From the NCBI GenBank assembly GCA_965223295.1, contig CBDCWC010000003.1:1792001-1856000 (forward strand): DNA of 64,000 nucleotides. Reading direction: 5' to 3'. Source of the DNA: Nitrospirales bacterium. Lineage in GTDB: Bacteria; Nitrospirota; Nitrospiria; Nitrospirales; UBA8639. The notes under the pieces are model-generated. The model ran no database searches and was not told the origin of the DNA. It was given only the letters and a program-made list of their open reading frames with translations. Below, piece after piece: positions 31,156-41,993 of this stretch. Within the stretch, counting starts at the first letter, position 1; each line of letters begins with the position of its first letter. The position numbers and the translations under genes were made by a program.

Positions 31156-31776
31156 ATGTCTTGGATAATTGATTTAAAGGATATTCCAGCTGACGGTTTG
31201 GCTGTAGAGCAGGAGATTTCGCCCTCCGATATGGAGTTGCCTGCGGAGGATGGCACAATATGTGGCCTGTTGCATTGTGTGGGACAAATTTCTTTTCCAG
31301 ATGCACATATGGCTAATTTTCAGGGAATCTTGAAAGGTCGTCTTGCAAGGGAATGCGTACGTTGCCTGGTTAATTTTGAAGAAGAAGTGGCATGTCCATG
31401 TGAAGTGAATTTTTGCCAATCCATATCTTCAGCTCTTTCTCCTCAGTCATCCAAAAAATCAAAAAAGGGAAGTCGTGTCAAGAATTTGGTCAATCAAGAA
31501 CAAGACGATGAGGTTGATGCCTACCAAATTACGGATCAAAAAATTGACCTACTTCCTGCGTTACGAGAACATCTGATTTTGGCGGCGCCCCTCAATCCGG
31601 TATGCAGGGAAGATTGTGCAGGATTATGTCAGGTATGTGGAGCAAATTTAAACGAAAGCGCCTGTGCCTGTTACGCGCCTGTTATGCCGTCATCGACATT
31701 TGATTCGGAAGGTGGCTCTTTGTTCAGCAAGAAAGCTTCAAAGTCTTTTTCGAGACCCATTCGAAGAGGCGCGTGA
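31156..31776 (+). CDS. yceD: DUF177/YceD family protein
   Basis: CVRCL and CREDCAGLCQVCGANLN motifs; upstream of rpmF. Confidence 0.9.
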   Translation: MSWIIDLKDIPADGLAVEQEISPSDMELPAEDGTICGLLHCVGQISFPDAHMANFQGILKGRLARECVRCLVNFEEEVACPCEVNFCQSISSALSPQSSKKSKKGSRVKNLVNQEQDDEVDAYQITDQKIDLLPALREHLILAAPLNPVCREDCAGLCQVCGANLNESACACYAPVMPSSTFDSEGGSLFSKKASKSFSRPIRRGA

Positions 31777-31808
31777 AATCATTATCTAAACGGAAAAGAT
31801 GGTAGACT

Positions 31809-31991
31809 ATGGCGAATCCCAAACACAAAACGTCAAAAGCTCGCCGTGATAAACGACGATCTCATCATAAACTGATGCTTCCTAATTTATCAGTATGCCC
31901 CCAATGTCATGAGATGAAACAACCTCATGTCACCTGCCTGAACTGTGGGACATACAAAGGGAAGGCGATTATTGCAGTGGAAGAGGGATAA
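31809..31991 (+). CDS. rpmF: 50S ribosomal protein L32
   Basis: MANPKHKTSKARRDKRR followed by CxxC...CxxCG. Confidence 0.97.
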   Translation: MANPKHKTSKARRDKRRSHHKLMLPNLSVCPQCHEMKQPHVTCLNCGTYKGKAIIAVEEG

Positions 31992-32032
31992 GGACTGCCC
32001 GTTTTCCCACCAGCCATTTCCAAGCCAAGCCC

Positions 32033-33064
32033 ATGAAAATAGCCGTGGATGCGATGGGAGGAGATCATGGTCTATCTCCCACCGTTGAAGGAGCTCTCCA
32101 AGCCACAAGGGAATCATCCCTCTCCGTTATTCTGGTTGGAGATCAATCGGCCATTCAAGCTCAATTGGATAACTTGAGTGGGAAGAAAACGAACATCGAT
32201 ATTTTTCATGCGTCTCAAGTCGTAGGAATGCATGAATCTCCTGCCTTAGCAGCCAGGAAAAAACGCGATTCCTCCATTTGGAAAGCGACCGAACTGGTCA
32301 AAAGCAAACAAGCGGATGCCTTGGTGAGTGCGGGAAATACGGGGGCAACGATGGTCTCAGCCTTTTTTTTGTTGGGGTCGATTGAAGGTGTGGATCGGCC
32401 GGCCATTGCGGCGACGTTGCCTACTCGCCAAGGCAAGGCGATCATGTTGGATGTTGGCGCGACGGTTGATTGCACGGCCCGTCAGTTGTATCAATTTGGC
32501 ATTATGGGGCATGAATATGGAAAACATCTGTTAGGTGTTGATCGACCACGGATCGGACTTTTAAGTATTGGAGAAGAAGATACCAAGGGCAATGAGGTAA
32601 CCAAAGAAGTGTTTAAGCTGTTAAAAGAGAGCCATATTCATTTCATCGGGAATATCGAAGGCCGGGATGTGTATAGCGGCAATGCCGATGTCATTGTGAC
32701 TGACGGTTTCATTGGTAATGTGGCATTAAAAATTTCAGAAGGGTTAGCAGATGCCATTAAAAAGATGCTGATGAAAGAAATTGCCCAATCTGCTCTTGGA
32801 CGTTTCTCCTATCTGTTTGTGGCTGGCCCTCTTCTTCGTCTGAGACGAAAAACGGATTATGCTGAATTTGGTGGAGCTCCTCTTTTGGGTGTGGAGGGAA
32901 TCAGTATGATCTGCCATGGGCGATCTTCATCTAAAGCGATTAAAAATGCGATTCTCCAGGCCCAAGCCCTGGCACAAGGTGGGTTGATCGAGGCCATCCG
33001 TGGTGATATTGCTCAAGGTGTTCTTCCATCATCGACAGCTGAAGGGTCTCGTGTTGTTCTTTGA
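32033..33064 (+). CDS. plsX: Phosphate acyltransferase PlsX
   Basis: IAVDAMGGD, SAGNTGA, DGFIGNVALK and HGRSS motifs. Confidence 0.97.
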   Translation: MKIAVDAMGGDHGLSPTVEGALQATRESSLSVILVGDQSAIQAQLDNLSGKKTNIDIFHASQVVGMHESPALAARKKRDSSIWKATELVKSKQADALVSAGNTGATMVSAFFLLGSIEGVDRPAIAATLPTRQGKAIMLDVGATVDCTARQLYQFGIMGHEYGKHLLGVDRPRIGLLSIGEEDTKGNEVTKEVFKLLKESHIHFIGNIEGRDVYSGNADVIVTDGFIGNVALKISEGLADAIKKMLMKEIAQSALGRFSYLFVAGPLLRLRRKTDYAEFGGAPLLGVEGISMICHGRSSSKAIKNAILQAQALAQGGLIEAIRGDIAQGVLPSSTAEGSRVVL

Positions 33065-33070
33065 AAATAC

Positions 33071-34045
33071 ATGAATACTGCCATTCTTGGGACAGGCAGT
33101 TACGTGCCCAATCGGGTCTTAACCAATGCGGATCTGGAACGTATGGTTGAGACATCTGACAGTTGGATTGTGGAGCGTACGGGTATTCGGGAGCGACGAG
33201 TGGTCGAGTCTGGACAAGCCTGCTCGGATCTAGCCCTCGAAGCCGCGCAGCGTGCGCTGGCTGCTGCCAAGGTCGAGGCCAGTGCTATTGATCTTATTCT
33301 TTTAGCCACTTGTACGGGAGATGCTCCGCTTCCCTCAACCGCCTGTCTTCTTCAACATCGATTAGGCGCCAATCGGGCGGCCGCTTGTGATATTTCGGCC
33401 GCTTGTTGCGGGTTTGTGTATGCGCTGTCTATTGCAGATGCGTATGTGAGAAATGGCATGCGATATGTGCTGGTCGTTGGCTCTGAAGTCATGTCGGCCA
33501 TCACTGATTGGACAGATCGAAATACCTGTGTGCTTTTTGGTGATGGGGCGGGAGCGGTGGTGCTGGGACAGAGTCCTCAAGATACTGGGATTCTCTCGAC
33601 GCATTTACATGCGAATGGGCGGTTGTCTGAAATGATTCACGTACCCGGTGGTGGATCGACAGAACCGGCTTCCCAGGAAGTTCTGGACCATAAACGTGGG
33701 TTTATCAAGATGAAAGGCAATGAGACCTTTAAAATTGCTGTCAAATCCATGGAAGAAGCGGCTCATGAGGCCGTGGGGGCTCATGGGGTGGCCATGCAGG
33801 ATATTGATCTGTTTATTCCCCATCAGGCCAATTTGAGAATTTTGAAGGCTGTCAGTCAACGTTTGGGCCTGTCGCAAGAAAAATTGATGATTAATTTAGA
33901 CCGATTTGGTAATACTTCTGCTGCATCTATTCCATTGGCATTAGATGAAGCCGTTCTCAGCAGGAGAATTCAAGAGGGGCAATTACTGCTCTTAGCGGCT
34001 TTCGGAGCAGGACTTACGTGGGCTTCGGCGTTAATTCGTTGGTAG
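33071..34045 (+). CDS. fabH: 3-oxoacyl-ACP synthase III
   Basis: RTGIRERR, AACCGF, FGDGAGA, PHQANLRI and GNTSAAS motifs. Confidence 0.97.
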   Translation: MNTAILGTGSYVPNRVLTNADLERMVETSDSWIVERTGIRERRVVESGQACSDLALEAAQRALAAAKVEASAIDLILLATCTGDAPLPSTACLLQHRLGANRAAACDISAACCGFVYALSIADAYVRNGMRYVLVVGSEVMSAITDWTDRNTCVLFGDGAGAVVLGQSPQDTGILSTHLHANGRLSEMIHVPGGGSTEPASQEVLDHKRGFIKMKGNETFKIAVKSMEEAAHEAVGAHGVAMQDIDLFIPHQANLRILKAVSQRLGLSQEKLMINLDRFGNTSAASIPLALDEAVLSRRIQEGQLLLLAAFGAGLTWASALIRW

Positions 34046-34235
34046 AGAGCGTTGAATAAAGAGGATACTGAAGACCATGTTTCGTCAGGAAGACGTTGGA
34101 GGCCATTAGCTTCGGGTAGGTTCAAAAAAGTCCGTTCAGCTAGGCCGCAGCCATTGTTGCGCGCGGAGCGTACTGGTTCTGCGTGAGCACGGAACAATGG
34201 CGAGAAGGCCGCTGACGGATTTTTTCAACAGACCC
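34045..34235 (-). mobile_element. MITE copy 2 (191 bp, reverse orientation)
   Basis: The reverse complement begins GGGTCTGTTGAAAAAA and ends TTATTCAACGCTCTC; perfect 5-bp direct repeat TGGTA at 34040-34044 and 34236-34240. Confidence 0.9.
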
Positions 34236-34342
34236 TGGTAGATAACCTGCACGGTGAAACTCGTATGGTTGTATTTGAAATGAAGAATATTGAGGATACA
34301 AGACACAGACCTGGAGTTTGAACGAGGAAAAAGGGGAGCGGT

Positions 34343-35155
34343 ATGTCTGATATGAAATGGGGTAAAAATGATTGGGCCCTCATCTTAGGGGCTTCAAGCG
34401 GGTTTGGTGAAGCAGCGGCTTTGGAGCTAGCGGGCTTAGGTCTCAATATACTAGGTGTGCATCTGGATCGAAAATCAACATTACCAAATGCAGAACGTAT
34501 TGCGTCGAATATCCGCGAACGTGGTCGTGACGTATTATTTTTTAATGCCAATGCTGCAGACCCGGAAAAGCGTGGAGATATCTTGAAGACCATGAAGCAG
34601 CGAGGGGAGGAATCTGGAAAACCAATTCAGGTACGCGTCCTCCTCCATTCATTAGCCTTTGGAACCTTAAAACCCTATATTGCTCAATCTGCTCCTGAAG
34701 GTATTACGAAATCGCAAATGGAAATGACGATGGATGTGATGGCCAACAGCCTGGTCTATTGGACTCAAGATCTTGTCCGTCATAAGTTTTTAGGCCAGGG
34801 CAGTCGAATCTTTTCCATGACTAGTGCTGGAGGAGCACGTGTATGGAAAACCTATGGAGCCGTGTCGGCTGCCAAGGCGGCATTAGAGTCTCATACGCGG
34901 CAATTGGCCCTGGAATTGGCGCCTTTGGGGATTACCATTAATTCCCTTATGGCTGGAGTCACGGATACTCCGGCGTTGCGAAAAATTCCTGGCTCTGATG
35001 AAATGTTGGCCATGGCTCAGCGGAAAAATCCATCCAATCGTTTGACGACACCCCAAGATGTGGCCGATGCACTAGGTTTGCTGAGCCATCCCAAAGCCCA
35101 TTGGATTACAGGAAATGTGATTTGTGTAGATGGCGGAGAGTTTATTGTCGATTAA
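34343..35155 (+). CDS. SDR-family enoyl-ACP reductase, FabL/FabI-like
   Basis: GASSGFG cofactor motif and Y-x6-K (YGAVSAAK), typical of enoyl reductases; inside the fab cluster. Confidence 0.75.
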   Translation: MSDMKWGKNDWALILGASSGFGEAAALELAGLGLNILGVHLDRKSTLPNAERIASNIRERGRDVLFFNANAADPEKRGDILKTMKQRGEESGKPIQVRVLLHSLAFGTLKPYIAQSAPEGITKSQMEMTMDVMANSLVYWTQDLVRHKFLGQGSRIFSMTSAGGARVWKTYGAVSAAKAALESHTRQLALELAPLGITINSLMAGVTDTPALRKIPGSDEMLAMAQRKNPSNRLTTPQDVADALGLLSHPKAHWITGNVICVDGGEFIVD

Positions 35156-35228
35156 TTGAATTCCATGTTGCCCTGAATTCGGGATAAGCCATACACCTAA
35201 TCATGATGTCATTTTTTACAAATGAGCA

Positions 35229-36173
35229 ATGCCGTTGATGAAATCATCTCTTGGATTTCTCTTTCCCGGTCAGGGCTCACAATCGGTAGGGATGGGAAAA
35301 GCTCTTTATGAGTCGAATGCTCAGGTTCCCGCTCTCTACCAAGATGCTGAAACAATCTTGGGCTATGATGTTGGGGCCTTATGCTTTGAGGGTCCGGCTG
35401 AACAACTTAATCAAACAGAGTTTACGCAACCGGCTTTACTGGTCACCAGCCTTGCGGCCTATCATTTGGTGCAAAACGGTCCGCTGGAACCGGCTGCGGT
35501 GGCTGGGCATAGTTTGGGTGAATATACTGCCTTAGTCGCTGCCGGCGCGATTAAGTTTCGTGAGGCCGTGGGTCTTGTCAAAAAACGAGGACAATATATG
35601 TCAGAGGCCGTCAGCCCAGGGAGTGGATTAGTGGCAGCGGTATTAGGCCTTTCCGAGTCAGATGTATGTGCCGTCTGCAAAGAGGCCGAGTCATTCGGGG
35701 TCGTGGCCCCAGCTAATTTAAATTCGCCAGGACAAACGGTGATTGCGGGCGAGAAGGCCGCCGTAGAACAGGCGTCTGAGCTTGCCAAGGCGCGAGGGGC
35801 TAAACGCGTGAAAGCCCTGCCGGTCAGCGTACCGGTTCATACTCCGTTGATGCAGGGGGCAGCGGATCGACTGAAGAACGATATTGATTCGTTGGAATGG
35901 TCTGATTTAACGGTTCCATTGATCAATAATGTTGAAGCCAAGGCGCTTCGCTCAGCAGATGAAGTCCGGACATCTCTGGTTCAACAATTACCAGCTTCTG
36001 TTCGCTGGCAGGAAACCATCCAGACAATGTGGAAAATGGGTATTCGAGATTTTATTGAAATCGGACCCGGGAAAGTGTTGACCGGGCTAGTCAAGCGCAT
36101 CGTTCCGGAAGCAGGGACCTGGAATATTTCTGATCAAGAATCCTATGACCATGTTCTCGCTCACATGACATAA
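35229..36173 (+). CDS. fabD: Malonyl-CoA:ACP transacylase
   Basis: FPGQGSQ, TQPAL, GHSLGE and EIGPGKVL motifs. Confidence 0.97.
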   Translation: MPLMKSSLGFLFPGQGSQSVGMGKALYESNAQVPALYQDAETILGYDVGALCFEGPAEQLNQTEFTQPALLVTSLAAYHLVQNGPLEPAAVAGHSLGEYTALVAAGAIKFREAVGLVKKRGQYMSEAVSPGSGLVAAVLGLSESDVCAVCKEAESFGVVAPANLNSPGQTVIAGEKAAVEQASELAKARGAKRVKALPVSVPVHTPLMQGAADRLKNDIDSLEWSDLTVPLINNVEAKALRSADEVRTSLVQQLPASVRWQETIQTMWKMGIRDFIEIGPGKVLTGLVKRIVPEAGTWNISDQESYDHVLAHMT

Positions 36174-36209
36174 TCATCCTACATTTTATTGATTGCTGAG
36201 AGGGCAGCC

Positions 36210-36953
36210 ATGACATTGACAGGAAAAATTGCGGTCGTGACGGGAAGCGCGCAGGGGATTGGCCAGGCGATCGCAACGGCGCTGGCCCAAGAAGGTGCCG
36301 ATGTTGTCGTGGCCGATCTGCAAGCCGATCGTTGTCAAGAAACGGTCGGGCAGGTTCAGCAATTAGGCCGGAAGGCCATGGCTGTTTCGGTGAATGTTGG
36401 CGATTGGGATCAGGTCAAGAGCACGATGGATCAGGTTGTGAAAGAATGGGGACGGATCGATATTTTAGTGAACAATGCTGGAATTACTCGAGATGGACTG
36501 CTTCTACGCATGAAGGATGAAGATTGGCAGTCCGTGTTGCAAGTGAATTTGACCGGCACGTTTTATTGCGTAAAAGCGGTGATGCCGACCATGAGCCGAC
36601 AGCGGAACGGACGTATTGTGAATATTGCGTCAATTGTGGGGGCCATTGGAAATATTGGGCAAGCCAATTATTCGGCGTCAAAGGCGGCAGTCATCGGTTT
36701 GACGAAAACGGTAGCCCGGGAATATGCCAGTCGAAATGTGACAGTCAATGCGGTCGCACCTGGTTTTATTGATACGGCCATGACACAGAATCTTTCAGAC
36801 GATACGAAAGAATCCCTTTTAAATCAGATTCCGTTAAAACGATTGGGACAACCCTCTGATGTTGCTGATGCGGTGTGTTTTTTGTCATCCGAAAAAGCCG
36901 GGTATATTACAGGCCATGTGCTACATGTGAATGGTGGAATGCATATGGCATAG
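36210..36953 (+). CDS. fabG: 3-oxoacyl-ACP reductase
   Basis: [21 protein letters not shown] and VNGGM motifs. Confidence 0.97.
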   Translation: MTLTGKIAVVTGSAQGIGQAIATALAQEGADVVVADLQADRCQETVGQVQQLGRKAMAVSVNVGDWDQVKSTMDQVVKEWGRIDILVNNAGITRDGLLLRMKDEDWQSVLQVNLTGTFYCVKAVMPTMSRQRNGRIVNIASIVGAIGNIGQANYSASKAAVIGLTKTVAREYASRNVTVNAVAPGFIDTAMTQNLSDDTKESLLNQIPLKRLGQPSDVADAVCFLSSEKAGYITGHVLHVNGGMHMA

Positions 36954-37009
36954 AGAGGAAATCAAAGTTCAGTTCACTCAATACACTTTGGAAGGAGGAG
37001 GTGCGAACA

Positions 37010-37240
37010 ATGGCTGTAGAAGAACGGATTAAGAAAATTATTGCGGAACAATTAGGTGTCGAAGAAGATGAGGTTGTGCCTGATGCCAAATTTGTGGAGG
37101 ATCTAGGGGCTGATTCCTTAGATACGGTGGAATTGGTTATGGCGCTGGAAGAAGAATTTGAAATTGAAATTCCTGATGAAGATGCAGAAAAAATCCAAAC
37201 GGTCTCCGCAGCCGTTGATTTTATAAAGGAAAAAGTCTGA
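37010..37240 (+). CDS. acpP: Acyl carrier protein
   Basis: [31 protein letters not shown]. Confidence 0.98.
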   Translation: MAVEERIKKIIAEQLGVEEDEVVPDAKFVEDLGADSLDTVELVMALEEEFEIEIPDEDAEKIQTVSAAVDFIKEKV

Positions 37241-37274
37241 TTTCCCTATTCGATAAGTGAACAGAGATGTTGTG

Positions 37275-38528
37275 ATGAGTGAGTGGGTACCACGTCGAGT
37301 TGTTGTGACAGGATTGGGGTTGGTCACACCTTTGGGGAACTGTGTGCCCCAAACCTGGGAAAACCTTTGTCAGGGCAAGTCCGGTATAGGCCCTATTTCT
37401 CAATTTGATACCAGTGAGTATTCCGTGAAAATCGCGGGAGAGGTGAAAGACTTTGATCCTGCGGCATTCATTGAAAAAAAAGAAATCAAGAAAATGGATC
37501 GATTTATCCATTTTGCGGTTGCGGCAAGCCAAGAAGCCGTGGATGATGCCAAGCTGGTTGTCACACCTGGTCATGCTGAACGGGTAGGAGTCTATATTGG
37601 CGCAGGGATTGGAGGCCTTCCAGCCATCGAGCATTACCATAAAGTCTTGATGGAACGTGGCCCCGATCGTGTGTCTCCATTTTTCATTCCCATGGTGATT
37701 ATCAATCTCGCCTCCGGGCAGGTTGCCATTCGATTTGGCGCCAAAGGCCCCAATGCATGCTCGGTCACGGCCTGTGCCACGGGAAATCATTGTATTGGTG
37801 ATGGCTTTCGACTGATTCAACGAGGAGAAGCCGATGTCATGATTGTTGGGGGCGCGGAGTCAACGATCTGTCCAACAGGTGTGGCCGGTTTTGCCGCTGC
37901 GAAAGCCTTGTCGAGACGAAACGATGAACCGGAGAAAGCCAGTAGGCCCTTTGATAATGATCGCGATGGGTTTGTCATTGGAGAAGGTGCGGGCGTCTTG
38001 ATTTTAGAAGAGCTGGAGCATGCTCGTGCTCGCGGAGCTCGTATTTATTCCGAACTGATTGGCTATGCGATGAACAGTGATGCGTTCCATATCACCGCTC
38101 CACCTGATGATGGTGCGGGCGCTGTGACATGTATGGAGCGAGCTCTTCAGGATGGGAACGTGTCCAAATCATCAGTAGGCTATATCAATGCCCATGCCAC
38201 CTCGACATTTGCCGATCGTGTGGAAACGCATGTCATGAAAGAAGTCTTCGGTGAACAAGCCTACTCCATTCCGGTGAGTTCCACAAAGTCGATGACTGGG
38301 CATTTGCTGGGAGCTGCGGGAGGTATTGAAGCGGTTTTTTCTATCTTAGCTTTACAGCATGGCATCATTCCGCCCACGATCAATTTAGATCATCCTGATC
38401 CAGCATGTGATCTAGATTATGTCCCTAACCAATCTCGTCAATGCTCTGTTGATGTGGCTATCTCGAATGCGTTTGGATTTGGCGGGGTCAATGCCTGTTT
38501 AGTATTTCGTCGGTGGCAGGAGGCCTAG
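37275..38528 (+). CDS. fabF: 3-oxoacyl-ACP synthase II
   Basis: [31 protein letters not shown] and NAFGFGG motifs. Confidence 0.97.
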   Translation: MSEWVPRRVVVTGLGLVTPLGNCVPQTWENLCQGKSGIGPISQFDTSEYSVKIAGEVKDFDPAAFIEKKEIKKMDRFIHFAVAASQEAVDDAKLVVTPGHAERVGVYIGAGIGGLPAIEHYHKVLMERGPDRVSPFFIPMVIINLASGQVAIRFGAKGPNACSVTACATGNHCIGDGFRLIQRGEADVMIVGGAESTICPTGVAGFAAAKALSRRNDEPEKASRPFDNDRDGFVIGEGAGVLILEELEHARARGARIYSELIGYAMNSDAFHITAPPDDGAGAVTCMERALQDGNVSKSSVGYINAHATSTFADRVETHVMKEVFGEQAYSIPVSSTKSMTGHLLGAAGGIEAVFSILALQHGIIPPTINLDHPDPACDLDYVPNQSRQCSVDVAISNAFGFGGVNACLVFRRWQEA

Positions 38529-38687
38529 CTCAAGAGAATGGTTTCGAACGAATCGTCTCCTCCAGCAGGCTATTGGTTCCGTTCCTCTCATCCATCAGCG
38601 ATGTCTGACGATATGATACAATGAGACGATTTTGTCGGAGAGCATCGTGGTCATTCGTGCATAAGTCACTGGAAATGGGGATGTTCC

Positions 38688-39404
38688 GTGTTTCAAGTCA
38701 AAGAAATTCAGGCTGCTTTGCAATATGTTTTTACGAAAGAAGCCTTATTGTATGAAGCCCTCACCCATCGATCGTTTTCCCAAACTGATGGCCTGGGGAC
38801 AACCCCGAATAATGAACGGCTAGAGTTTTTAGGAGATGCGGTCTTGGGTCTTGTGATCAGCGAGAGTGTGGCGCAAATTTTCCCCACGTGCACCGAAGGA
38901 GAGCTTTCTAAAGCCAAAGCCGGATTGATTAACCGAGGCACACTGGCCAAGGCAGCGGGGCGTTTAGGGCTGGGGCAATGGTTGCGGTTGGGGCGAGGTG
39001 AAGAAGTTACTTCTGGGAGGGAAAAACATTCCCTGTTGGCGAATGCGTTGGAGGCTCTCATCGGTGCGATGTATCTTGATAATGGATTAGATGTTGCTCG
39101 TTCTTTTATTCACCGGGTTCTTGCGAAGGAATTGTCCGATCTGCGTGAACAGCCAGAACTCGCTGCCGGAGGAGATTGGAAAAGCCGGTTGCAGGAATGG
39201 GTACATAAACATGAAGGAACAAGCCCGCGGTATCGGCTGATTCGAGAATCTGGGCCCGATCATGAAAAACTGTTTTCCAGTCTTGTGGAAGTTCGAGGTC
39301 GTGTCGTGGGTCAGGGAGAAGGACGCACAAAAAAGGAAGCAGAGCAACGAGCGGCAGAGCAGGCCGTTGCTCAGGTCACTGGAGATATTTCTGATACAAT
39401 ATAA
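38688..39404 (+). CDS. rnc: Ribonuclease III
   Basis: NERLEFLGDAVL signature and dsRBD (KSRLQE, GPDHEK, KKEAEQ). Confidence 0.97.
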   Translation: MFQVKEIQAALQYVFTKEALLYEALTHRSFSQTDGLGTTPNNERLEFLGDAVLGLVISESVAQIFPTCTEGELSKAKAGLINRGTLAKAAGRLGLGQWLRLGRGEEVTSGREKHSLLANALEALIGAMYLDNGLDVARSFIHRVLAKELSDLREQPELAAGGDWKSRLQEWVHKHEGTSPRYRLIRESGPDHEKLFSSLVEVRGRVVGQGEGRTKKEAEQRAAEQAVAQVTGDISDTI

Positions 39405-39432
39405 AATTCACATGAATAGCAATGGAGGAGTT

Positions 39433-40020
39433 ATGATGAATGTGTTTCAACGAAGTATGATTATATTTGGGTGTGTGGCGCTCTTGAACCTCGGTGTTGT
39501 TGCAACAACTGTTGCGGATGAGCCGGCAAAAGAGCAGCCGGCTCCACACGTGATCTTAAAGACAAAATTTGGTGAAATGGAAATTGTCCTGTTTCCTAAC
39601 TTAGCGCCTAAACATGTAGAAAGTTTTCTCAAACTCACCAAATCTGGGTTCTATAATGGAACGATTTTTCATCGTGTTATTCCTGGTTTTATGATTCAAG
39701 GCGGAGATCCATTGACCAAAGATCCCGCCAATCGAAATAAATTTGGGACAGGCGGTCCTGGCTATACCCTGCCCGCCGAGTTCAATAAGGTGGTGCACGA
39801 AAAGGGCATTCTCTCCGCTGCGCGTACGCAGGACCCGAACAGCGCTGGTTCACAATTTTTTATCATGGCAGATAAAGCGCCTCACTTGGATGGTCAATAC
39901 ACCGTCTTTGGTGAAGTATTAAAGGGTATTGAAGTTGTCGATAAGATCGTGAGCCAGCCCCGCGATTTGCGAGACAACCCAGTCGAACGAATTGAAATGA
40001 CGATCGAAGTGAAGAAGTAA
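39433..40020 (+). CDS. Cyclophilin-type peptidyl-prolyl isomerase with signal peptide
   Basis: FHRVIPGFMIQGGD, NSAGSQFFI and HLDGQYTVFG motifs; GGAGGAG RBS. Confidence 0.95.
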   Translation: MMNVFQRSMIIFGCVALLNLGVVATTVADEPAKEQPAPHVILKTKFGEMEIVLFPNLAPKHVESFLKLTKSGFYNGTIFHRVIPGFMIQGGDPLTKDPANRNKFGTGGPGYTLPAEFNKVVHEKGILSAARTQDPNSAGSQFFIMADKAPHLDGQYTVFGEVLKGIEVVDKIVSQPRDLRDNPVERIEMTIEVKK

Positions 40021-40073
40021 CTCTAAGGACTGTTATTGACCTGATGAGATTCGATCTTGGTACAAAGGGGAAA

Positions 40074-40730
40074 TCAAGAAGAAGGGGTGGACTGGTAATC
40101 AAAGCCGCTAGGAATAACAATCCGCCCTCCAGCTCCTGTTTGACGAGCCAGTTGCTCCGCGACGTCGGGATGTCGCTCACGAACATAACCCAGTAACCCT
40201 CGCAAGAATCGGTTGGATCGGAGGCCGGCTCCTGAAAACCCTTGAATGAAAACTAGAGCTCGGTCGAGGACCTCGGTCACCATTGTTGGTTCCAATTCCT
40301 GGCGTTCTCCAAAGACTTTAAACTCCTTTCGCAACTCCTCTCCGAAGGCGGGTGTTCCAGTTTCTGGAATCTGAATGAGGCTAAAGCTTCTCCGGAGGCT
40401 TTGAAGACCTTCCAGCACGTCCGCATCTTGTGCATCCCGGCGATCTTGAAAATAGCGAAAGGCTAAGGCCTCAAAGACATAAAACACCTCGGTGGCCCGT
40501 TCACCGCCAAACTCTAAAAGCTCTCGATAAAAGGTCCGGCGGTCTATTTCAAACCGGCCCCCTGCGCGTTTTTGCTGATAGGTGTCATTAGCCTCTAAAA
40601 AGACGCAGGATGCCGGGCAAGAGATATTCGTGAGACGATGTTCGCCACAACATTGGCTGCAGATCATCCCATTCAAGGCTGGACACGACCGTTTGCCTTT
40701 CCGTTGGCGGCAATACACACATTTACTCAT
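40074..40730 (-). CDS. Hypothetical protein with an N-terminal 8-Cys (probable zinc-binding) domain
   Basis: Likely start MSKCVYC at 40730; the upstream ORF extension lies inside MITE copy 3. Confidence 0.75.
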   Translation of the reverse strand: MSKCVYCRQRKGKRSCPALNGMICSQCCGEHRLTNISCPASCVFLEANDTYQQKRAGGRFEIDRRTFYRELLEFGGERATEVFYVFEALAFRYFQDRRDAQDADVLEGLQSLRRSFSLIQIPETGTPAFGEELRKEFKVFGERQELEPTMVTEVLDRALVFIQGFSGAGLRSNRFLRGLLGYVRERHPDVAEQLARQTGAGGRIVIPSGFDYQSTPSS

Positions 40731-40746
40731 TTGGAGGATCTTTCTT

Positions 40747-40937
40747 GGGTCTGTTGAAAAAAGCCGCCAGCGGCGTTCTCGCCCTTTTTCCGTGCTCACG
40801 TCGTGCCAGTACGCTCCGCGCGCAACAATGGCTGTGGCCTTGCTGGACGGACTGTTTTGAACAGACCCGACGCTGTTGATCGTCAATGGCTTCCTGGCGA
40901 AATATGGCCTTTGACATCATCATTATTCAACACTCCC
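40747..40937 (+). mobile_element. MITE copy 3 (191 bp)
   Basis: Terminal inverted repeats GGGTCTGTTGAA / TTCAACACTCCC (10 of 12); perfect 5-bp direct repeat TTCTT at 40742-40746 and 40938-40942. Confidence 0.92.
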
Positions 40938-41947
40938 TTCTTAGAAAAGTCTAAGCCATAATCAGAGAACGTTCGTTTTTTCTTATTGGGATTATCGTTC
41001 GAGGGACGTTCCAAACCATTGATTTCGGCACCTTTGGCATAAAGATAGGGGACAAGAATCACATGATTCACTCGATCAACCCCGATGCCTGATGGCGAAA
41101 GCAAGAATTCAGCAATCGCTTCTTTCTTGAGGTCAGGACGAATGCGCCAAACTTTTCCCGCAGTTAAGTCAGAGATATACATGATTCCGTAGCGGTCAAA
41201 ATCGATGCCGTCAAGATTGTGAAACCCGCCAGAGAAAAATGAATTCACAAACAGTTCGTGAAGCACGCCGTGCTCATCAATTTCAAAGACTTTGCCGTCA
41301 TCCCACCCGACACCCATCAAATGACCATTACGGGGATGAATCGCCAAACCGTGGGGGTGTGAGAGTTTGACATCATGGATGAATTCAGAAACCGCATAGT
41401 CCTTTGCTGGGTCAATGTGAAAGATCGTGTTGGTCTCGGCATCTGAGACGTAGAGCTTTCCTTGCGAATCCGTTGTGAGGCCAGTCAGGGACTCCGCACG
41501 AAACCGCGTAAAGGGAATGGTGACAACGGGGTCTCCCGTGGTCTTCTCAAATCCCCGTACCGCATCCAAGTCCGCGACATAAAGAATGTTCCCAATAATG
41601 GCCATTTCTTTCGGTGAATGTAATGTCACCGATTTCTGTCCACCTTGGATGAAATGGCGCTCAGTGATCTTGCCTTCTTGGTCGGCTTTACTGATAAATC
41701 CGTTGTTCTCGCGTGTGCCGGGGTCTCCGTTGGCGTTGGCGATATAATACACTTGACCGTCGTCTGCGATAATATTTTGGGGAAAGAGGAGGTTCGCAAT
41801 TTCATAAGCCGTGGCATGCTCTGAACTAAACAGCATAAGACTCAAGATTGTCCCCAGGGTGCATTGCGTGACTGCAGAAACGATCTTTTTCAAGATGAGC
41901 GGGAGCTGGGAACGTCTGTGTTGAGAGTAAAAAGGTACTAATGGCAT
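40883..41947 (-). CDS. SMP-30/gluconolactonase-like beta-propeller protein, probably exported (start uncertain)
   Basis: Repeated blade motifs LHSPKEM, LYVAD, LYVSD, PHGL and LDGIDFD; hydrophobic N-terminal segment. Confidence 0.75.
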   Translation of the reverse strand: MPLVPFYSQHRRSQLPLILKKIVSAVTQCTLGTILSLMLFSSEHATAYEIANLLFPQNIIADDGQVYYIANANGDPGTRENNGFISKADQEGKITERHFIQGGQKSVTLHSPKEMAIIGNILYVADLDAVRGFEKTTGDPVVTIPFTRFRAESLTGLTTDSQGKLYVSDAETNTIFHIDPAKDYAVSEFIHDVKLSHPHGLAIHPRNGHLMGVGWDDGKVFEIDEHGVLHELFVNSFFSGGFHNLDGIDFDRYGIMYISDLTAGKVWRIRPDLKKEAIAEFLLSPSGIGVDRVNHVILVPYLYAKGAEINGLERPSNDNPNKKKRTFSDYGLDFSKKGVLNNDDVKGHISPGSH

Positions 41948-41993
41948 AGCCGTTCGTCTCACATGTATCGGTAAAGAAAACTGTCCAAGTCGC

